From positions 4,366-68,365 of the forward strand of contig JAILQZ010000002.1 of the NCBI GenBank assembly GCA_024698685.1: a stretch of DNA of 64,000 nucleotides, read 5' to 3'. Numbering within the stretch: position 1 is the first letter of the stretch; the number at the start of each line of letters is the position of its first letter. The notes under the pieces are model-generated. The model was not told the DNA's origin. It saw nothing but the letters and a program-made list of their open reading frames with translations, and made no database searches. Of this stretch, positions 63,889 to 64,000 are shown in pieces. This DNA comes from a bacterium. GTDB lineage: Bacteria; Actinomycetota; Coriobacteriia; Coriobacteriales; CADBOM01. The translations under genes and the position numbers were made by a program.

Positions 63889-64000
63889 TATTCAATCACC
63901 AGCTTTCCGAAGCGATCCCAGATCTCCTGCATGTCGGTATCGTAGTTCTCGTTGATCGGCTCGACGGAGCAGATCATGCACTTGAAGTCAGCGCCGAATC
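63888..64000 (-). CDS. 3' end of a second molybdopterin oxidoreductase catalytic-subunit gene. The 5' part lies outside the window.
   Basis: My translation of the minus strand gives ...FGADFKCMICSVEPINENYDTDMQEIWDRFGKLVIE*. It aligns with the C-terminus FGAPFKCIICKIEKLNK* of 60467..62755. Its TAA overlaps the next gene's ATG (TAATG). Confidence 0.7.
   Translation of the reverse strand, partial: FGADFKCMICSVEPINENYDTDMQEIWDRFGKLVIE

Overview
The window is GC-rich and gene-dense. I recognised no rRNA, tRNA, CRISPR array, IS element or integrase. The gene content includes an anaerobic cbi pathway, many molybdenum-cofactor genes, Tat-less molybdopterin oxidoreductases with mini-ferredoxins, and surface proteins with GW-rich wall-binding repeats. 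This fits a Coriobacteriia/Eggerthellaceae-like actinobacterium; that assignment is inference only, with no search run.

Layout:
- 1-5.5 kb: two tandem paralogous surface-protein genes that share an identical 99-nt promoter/leader.
- 5.5-16.4 kb, all minus strand: secDF, a DUF2207 membrane protein, tgt-queA-queH, csp, a hypothetical gene and ruvCAB.
- 16.6-19.4 kb: an OmpR-type two-component system preceded by phased direct repeats.
- 19.4-19.9 kb: a repeat-rich convergent intergenic region.
- 19.9-22.5 kb: yebC, two small membrane-protein genes and yaaA.
- 22.6-40.8 kb: a molybdenum neighbourhood (moeA, a mogA/moaB-family gene, modA|modBC-moaA-moaC, MoaE-like and MoaF-like genes). It is interleaved with a TetR regulator, a GNAT-SLOG fusion, an orphan URO-D-family gene, and a pit-phoB/R-like operon preceded by an 11-nt-phased repeat array.
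- 40.9-55.0 kb: an XRE-TipAS regulator, a zinc-ribbon/NERD-like orphan gene, a ten-gene anaerobic cobalamin operon (cbiD to cbiC) and BtuCD-like permease/ATPase genes.
- 55.2-60.0 kb: an SMP-30-like gene, then a cobalamin riboswitch driving an exported CbiK-like lipoprotein, a two-domain membrane-anchored surface protein and a BtuF-like lipoprotein.
- 60.1-64.0 kb: tandemly duplicated cytoplasmic molybdopterin oxidoreductase plus 2x[4Fe-4S] mini-ferredoxin modules with a TorD-like chaperone.

The best candidate for an undescribed system is the riboswitch-controlled cell-surface tetrapyrrole/corrinoid capture module at 56.3-60.0 kb. All family calls come from reading the translated ORFs by eye. 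No database search was run.
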